Assembly: GCF_011745625.1 (NCBI RefSeq)
Contig: NW_027191454.1
Coordinates: 558,001 to 622,000, forward strand
DNA from: Cladosporium halotolerans
Lineage: Eukaryota
Length of the DNA: 64,000 nt
Direction of reading: 5' to 3'
The translations under genes and the position numbers were made by a program. Under the pieces are notes generated by a model, which did not search any database, had not been told where the DNA came from, and saw only the letters and a list, made by a program, of their open reading frames with translations. Below, in pieces: positions 58,177 through 64,000 of this stretch; position 1 is the stretch's first letter; each line of letters begins with the position of its first letter.

Positions 58177-58672
58177 TTGCTCGCTCGAAACATCGAGCTT
58201 GCGTCGTTCTGCATTATCGTGGCTTAGCATGGCGTTGGTGGGCATAATTCTTTGGCATTATTTGCGTCTCAAATATACGCGAGCAACTCTCTCGGGTGCG
58301 AGTCTACGGACAACCGTTCGAGGAAAATTGAATCTCCGGATCACTATCTCCCCATTTACAGAGGCTCCAGACCTCCATCCTGATGCGCAATCAGGTTGCC
58401 CTGTAAACACAAACAAATCCCACAATTTTGGAAACTGGTCTCGTCAATTTAAACGGCATATTACGCCTTGCTCGTAAATCCGCTGATTTGCCGCTATTCG
58501 ATCACTTAGATATACGGAGAGTAATGTTCACCTTTAAATTTATACATCGTTAAATGCTCTATCGTCCTATCATTATGCCGAGACCGGAGCCGAGGGCAGA
58601 ACCCGAGCTTCAGGTTGGTGGGGTGTCGAGCTGACCAGCCGCGCGCTATACACACCTCCTCATCCAGTCATA

Positions 58673-59540
58673 ATGTCTTTCTTAGCGAAGAGGCCGCTCT
58701 TCGCGAGCAATGCGTTCAAGTACGCCGCGGCTCCGGCATTCACTTCCTCAAGACATTTCTCCGCCACTTCGCCCGCCATGAGCACCCTCGCAGAGATCAA
58801 GCAGAACTGCCGCAAGGTACGCCAAGCAGGAGTCTAATGGCCGACGGACTGCAGGTAGCTGACATTCTGAACAGGTCATGTGCATTGGTCGCAACTACGC
58901 CGACCACGTCAAGGAGCTCAACAACCAGCGCCCCAAGCAGCCCTTCTTCTTCCTCAAGCCCTCTTCCTCCATCCTCCTGCCGAGCGAGGGTCCCATCCTG
59001 CGACCCAGCGGCGTCAACCTCCACTATGAGGTCGAGCTCGGCATCGTGATCGGCAAGACGCTGCGCGACATCGACGAGAACGACACGCAGAGCTGGATGT
59101 CCGGCATCGAGAGCTACCTGCTCACGATCGATATGACCGGCCGCAACGTGCAGGACGAGGCCAAGAAGAAGGGTCTCCCGTGGAGCATCGCGAAGGGTTT
59201 CGACACTTTCCTGCCGGTTGCTGGACCTATCGCGACGAGCAAGATCGCGGACCCGCACAATGTCGAGCTGTACTTGAAGGTCAATGGAGAGGTGAAGCAG
59301 CAGGACAACACGGAGCTGATGCTGTTCCGCATTGGCAGGCAGCTGGCGGACATCTCGAAGGTCATGACCCTCGAGAAGGGCGACATTGTGCTCACGGGTA
59401 CTCCCAAGGGTGTTGGCCCCGTTGTGACTGGCGATGTCATTGAGGCTGGGCTTAGGGTTGACGGTGCCGAGCTCGAGGAGGGTAAGATTAAGGTGGATGT
59501 GAAGGACCGCAAGAACTCGTACGAGTTTGCGGAGACTTAG
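58673..59540 (+). CDS. FMP41: Fumarylacetoacetate-hydrolase-family protein (FAHD1/Fmp41-like) with a mitochondrial presequence; intron 58817-58874
   Basis: CRK|VMCIGRNYADH, FFFLKP, LHYEVEL, DMTGRNVQ..GLPWSIAKGFDTF and GDIVLTGTPKGVG. The N-terminus MSFLAKRPLF..SSRHFS resembles a presequence. Confidence 0.88.
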
Positions 59541-59661
59541 AAGAACCTATTCTTGAGCCATGTAGATGCGCATACAGAGGAAATCCATATGATGTACAGC
59601 CATCACCATTTATCGTCAAATATGTACAGATTGCAGTGTTCGAAGTGACTTGGAGGCATTA

Positions 59662-61224
59662 CTAGGGCACTTCCGCATCGTCGTCGTCTCCTCCAAAGCC
59701 GAATGAGAAACCACCAGCCTCTTCCTCTTCATCCTGAGGCTTCTTGAGCTCCTCCCACTTGCCTTTGCCTCCTTTGCTCAGGCGCTCTAATTCTTCTTGG
59801 CCTTCCTCAAGAAGCTGCGGATCTTGCTCGCGAAGCCTCTCCACGAACAACGCATAAGGATCCTCAATGTCGTCCCTAAAGCCAGAAATACTCTGCTTCT
59901 GATCCCTGAGAAAGTGCAGCACTGCGCCAACCCTCGCACGAGGAACAAAGTTCTGCGTAACAGCAATGCTAGGCTCTAAGTTTAGAACCAAGTGGTACCA
60001 CCCAGACGGCACGTACAGGATCTCGCCCGCCTTGCAAATGCCTTCCTTGCAGCCTGGTGTCCTCCGCGCTTCGGTGTGGAAACCCAGCAGCCATTCGGCG
60101 ATACTTAGTGGGCTCGTGACCTCGCTTTGATCCTCGCTGACAAAGACACCCGGAGGAGGCGGGATCGAAGGTGAAGACGGAAACATGATCCAGTATTTGC
60201 TTCCGGTTATGACGGCGTTCCAGGCACTAGTAGCGTTGGGGTCTTTGTGGAAAGTGCTACCGCTTCTCGCGGGCCCGACAATGAGCCAGCGGTGGTCTGG
60301 CCGCTGTTTACCCAGAACAGAGAATGCATCAGGCCCGAAGCATGTTGGAGGCCAGTAGGCAGCCGTCTCGTCGGGCTCGCTGGCAACCTTCAAGTCCATC
60401 TTCTCCGCGAATGCGCGGTCAAAGAGATAAAGTGGCGATTCATCGCGGCTGTTGTTCAGATACTCGACATACGTTTTGAGAGGCCAGTCGACAGCTTCTG
60501 CGCGGAACGGCACCTCGGCATATCTCTCAAGAAGGGATTCCGCCGACCAGTCGCGGAAGATCGGCCACTGTGTCACCGGCTTCGTGAGGATGAAGGGCTG
60601 ATTGACCCAAGTCGATTGGAACTCTTCAAACGACAGGTCTTCCAGACGCGATATCTCGTTCGCGCGCGGAATGTTTCTGGCGTACTGCTCGAGTGAAACG
60701 TACGCGCAAAAGAACGGTCTGTGTAACACATCTGAAAAAAGATTGGAGCAGTCGACCTTCGGCTCTTTGCTCGATGGCTGGGACAGAAAGGTCGAGCGCC
60801 AAGTGCCCTGCCATGAGAATTGTGATGGAGAAGACCTACCGTAGAACGTGTCTCAGCATGCGTTCGAGACACGCCACTGTATGGGTGATGTGACTTACTC
60901 TACGAAAAGAGCTCGCCACAGCTCTTCATTGCGGGTGAACGCATAGATCCCGCGACACGTGCCTCCAAACCGTAGCAGTGTCGCAGGGTCGAGATACTCG
61001 AGGAACTGCGCTAGTATCTCGTCTGGCAAGTATGCGAACGAACCAAATGACGATTTGAGGTTTACCGACGAGGTAAGAGCATTGCCGGAGGGTCGAATGC
61101 CGAGCGGATGACGCCTCACAAGAGAAGAGTCAGACGAGTCATCCATAGACGATTCTTGCTCGGTCACAACCTCGATCCTTTGCTTCTTCACCGGTGGCAA
61201 GTCATGTAGGCGCTCTTCGTGCAT
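59662..61224 (-). CDS. F-box and JmjC domain protein (JMJD6-like); intron 60836-60898
   Basis: HPLGIRPSGN, F-box LPDEILAQFLEYL..L..TCR..ELWRALF, JmjC PLYLFD, RWLIVGPARSGSTFHKDPNATSAWN, and YVPSGWYHLVLN (H-x-D...H Fe ligands). The start is uncertain. Confidence 0.87.
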
Positions 61225-61764
61225 GCTGGGACTTTTCCCTTGAGCGGTAGCGAACGGATGCGAGTGACGCCGTGTGGGAATCGCACAAAGTGACGGATGC
61301 TCACGTGAGATTCCGGTTGAGAACGGTTTTAGAGCGGTCGAGGGCGATATTGCATGTGGCAATATGTTTGCCACGCCTGTGACTGGCTGGCCCGGACTCA
61401 CCGTTCAGAGTCGTGGCAAGCCGGCTCCAAAGAGAATTCGCGGCTGCAAGTGAACTTGCGCTGATTGCGGGCGAATCCACTCTGAGAGGCGGGTAGCCCC
61501 GCCCCGCGTGCCGCACTGGAAAGCCCTGTCCGACAGATCCTCTTCAAAAATTCGAGCGGTTCCCTCCCTCGCCCACACCACACCACCTTACCACACTGTG
61601 AAACCTTTACTACTAGAACCATCGACTCTCACACCGAGAGTTTGGTATCTAGTCCCCACCCACTACCTACGAACTACCGCGGCGGAATCCACAGGATTAC
61701 CCCCGCCCCCAACGCACATCGGCTCACAGCGCAGCGCGTGTGAGCTCGCACCAACACCGCAATC

Positions 61765-63187
61765 ATGGCCGACAAGGGACTTGAGGACATCGAGGCTGGT
61801 GAGTAGAGCCTTCGCTTCGTCCGCGCTCTCGCTGTGCGCACGCGCCGCGATCCGAGCGAGCGGTCGGGCGCCAGTATGCCGCCTCAACGACATGACACTG
61901 ACGAAATTGTGCGCTACAGCTCAGATCGAGTCCAACTACGATGAGACCACCGACTCCTTCGATGCCATGGACCTGAAGCCCGAGCTTCTCCGTGGTGTCT
62001 ATGCCTACGGTTTCGAGCGCCCGTCTGCTATCCAGCAGCGCGCCATCATGCCCGTCATCAAGGGTACGTTATCTTCACTGCAGCCCCACCTAAGAGACGG
62101 GAAGCTCACACCGCACAGGCAACGACGTTATCGCCCAGGCTCAGTCCGGTACCGGCAAGACCGCCACCTTCTCCATCTCTGTCCTCCAGAAGATCGACCC
62201 GAACATCAAGGCTTGCCAGGCCCTCATCCTCGCTCCCACCCGTGAGCTTGCCCAGCAGATCCAGAAGGTCGTTGTCGCCATCGGCGACTTCATGCAGATC
62301 GAGTGCCACGCCTGCATTGGTGGCACCAGCGTTCGCGATGACATGAAGGCCCTCCAGGACGGCCCTCAGGTCGTTGTCGGTACCCCCGGCCGTGTCCACG
62401 ACATGATCCAGCGTCGCGTCCTCAAGACCGACAGCATGAAGCAGTTCGTCCTCGACGAGGCCGATGAGATGCTGTCTCGCGGTTTCACCGAGCAGATCTA
62501 CGACATCTTCCAGCTGCTCCCGCAGTCCACCCAGGTTGTCCTGCTCTCCGCCACCATGCCCCAGGACGTCCTCGAGGTCACCACCAAGTTCATGCGTGAC
62601 CCCGTCCGTATCCTCGTCAAGAAGGACGAGCTTACCCTTGAAGGTATCAAGCAGTTCTACATCGCCGTCGAGAAGGAGGACTGGAAGCTCGACACCCTCT
62701 CCGACTTGTACGAGACTGTCACCATCACCCAGGCCGTTATCTTCTGCAACACCCGCAGAAAGGTCGACTGGCTCACCGACAAGCTCACTGCCCGTGACTT
62801 CACTGTCTCCGCCATGCACGGTGACATGGACCAGGGCCAGCGTGACGTTATCATGAAGGAGTTCCGTTCCGGTTCTTCCCGTGTCCTGATCGCGACCGAC
62901 CTGCTCGCCCGTGGTATCGACGTCCAGCAGGTTTCCCTGGTCATCAACTACGACCTTCCCGCCAACCGCGAGAACTACATCCACCGTATCGGTCGTGGTG
63001 GTCGTTTCGGCCGTAAGGGTGTGGCCATCAACTTCGTCACCGCCGACGACGTCCGCATGATGCGCGAGATCGAGCAGTTCTACAGCACCCAGGTCGAGGA
63101 GATGCCCATGAACGTTGCTGGTAAGTTTCGCAATACGATTCACAATCATGAATACCCAGCTAACAAACTACTCCAGACCTCATCTAA
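61765..63187 (+). CDS. TIF1: Translation initiation factor eIF4A (DEAD-box helicase); exons 61765-61798, 61920-62063, 62119-63120 and 63177-63187
   Basis: Q motif [40 protein letters not shown] and HRIGRGGR, ending MPMNVADLI*. Three canonical introns. Confidence 0.97.
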
Positions 63188-63745
63188 GCGATATCCACCC
63201 CAAACACGCTTGCCTTTAATTCCAGTACAGTCCACGGCAATACTTGTTGCTACACGACTCGGAGTCAGAGGCTTTTCAAGACTGCCCACGCTTTTACTGA
63301 AAGCCTGAAAAGGCTACGAGAGTATGGCGGCTTACATGCATCACGGCGTCCATTACGAGCGCACACCAAAATTGCTTTATGCGAGTTCTTTTAGACGGGG
63401 TTGCTGCTGCCAGGTTGTATTACATGCTTTCGCCGACCGAATGAAAGTGTTTTTGCTTAGGCTGCATTGCGACTTCGTATGTAGGGAATTGATTCAGAGT
63501 TAAAAAGAACTGTCACGTTTCATGTCTTGCCCTTGTCTTCGTTGACTGCCGAATTGCTCATGTTCGAGCGGGGGTCATAGGAGAGGAAGGCGCGATGGAG
63601 GCCTTGATTGCTGCCTAAGGTAAGCTTCTCTTGACCTCACCCTCTTTGCGTGCCGTGGCGCTTGACCAAGGTACGACTACTCTCATGTCTAGTATTCCCC
63701 CCTCACCGCGGTAAATTGCAACTCGACACGCCACTCAATGTCACG

Positions 63746-64000
63746 ATGGCACAACTACCGAAGCCCGCTGCTGAGCTCATGTGGGCCTACCAATTACAAC
63801 GTGAACATCGTCACTTGTTCGAACGTCTGAAAGCGTTAGAGGCTACTTCTGAAGAACAAAATAACTTGCTCGAACGTCTGAAAGCTCTAGAAGCTACTTC
63901 CAAAGAACAAGACAGTCGCATCAAAGCCAGTCAGGGTTCCATCTCCTCTGATGTTGACGCCAAAATTGCCGCACTTGCGCAGCGGATCAAATCACTAGAG
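63746..64000 (+). CDS. 5' part of a hypothetical coiled-coil protein (runs off the window end)
   Basis: Open frame MAQLPKPAAELMWAYQLQREHRHLFERLKALEATSEEQNNLLERLKALEATSKEQDSRIKAS...RIKSLE with heptad pattern. The in-frame 51-nt internal duplication has mostly synonymous differences. Confidence 0.6.
   Translation, partial: MAQLPKPAAELMWAYQLQREHRHLFERLKALEATSEEQNNLLERLKALEATSKEQDSRIKASQGSISSDVDAKIAALAQRIKSLE

Noticed and set aside
61799..61919. Intronic snoRNA in eIF4A intron 1
   Set aside because: No convincing box C (RTGATGA) and D pair or H/ACA architecture visible by eye.
62106..63149. 347-aa antisense ORF over eIF4A
   Set aside because: Same shadow-ORF effect in a highly expressed, codon-biased gene.

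Overview
Gene-dense eukaryotic DNA from a filamentous ascomycete. The short GT-AG introns with CTAAC/CTGAC branch points and the gene set point to Pezizomycotina, probably a Dothideomycete (inference). About 22 protein-coding genes are supported: Wss1, Erv46, a small three-exon gene missed by the ORF track, FAN1, a FAS1 protein, Dus2, Snt2, a transposase-like HTH protein, an IQM-type protein, a DUF3659/LEA-like repeat protein, a WD40 protein, class IV chitin synthase head-to-head with its Sel1-repeat activator, Env7-like kinase, mitochondrial RRF, a fasciclin protein, glutamate decarboxylase, a CCCH-Smr protein, Yth1, FAHD1/Fmp41, an F-box/JmjC protein, eIF4A and a partial coiled-coil gene. 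No rRNA, tRNA, CRISPR or intact transposon was seen. The most notable observations are these. (1) An unannotated 127-aa gene built from two tandem Myb-like repeats, each with an intron at the same position, behind a hairpin-forming, TpA-rich 5'UTR intron. (2) An intron-containing gene with an IS630/Tc1-type double-HTH DNA-binding domain but no DDE domain, a candidate domesticated transposase. (3) GAD is frameshifted by a 13-nt insertion that is an inverted copy of adjacent sequence. (4) A diverged ~234-bp tandem duplication downstream of the chitin synthase stop codon. All family assignments come from motif recognition by eye; no database searches were run.
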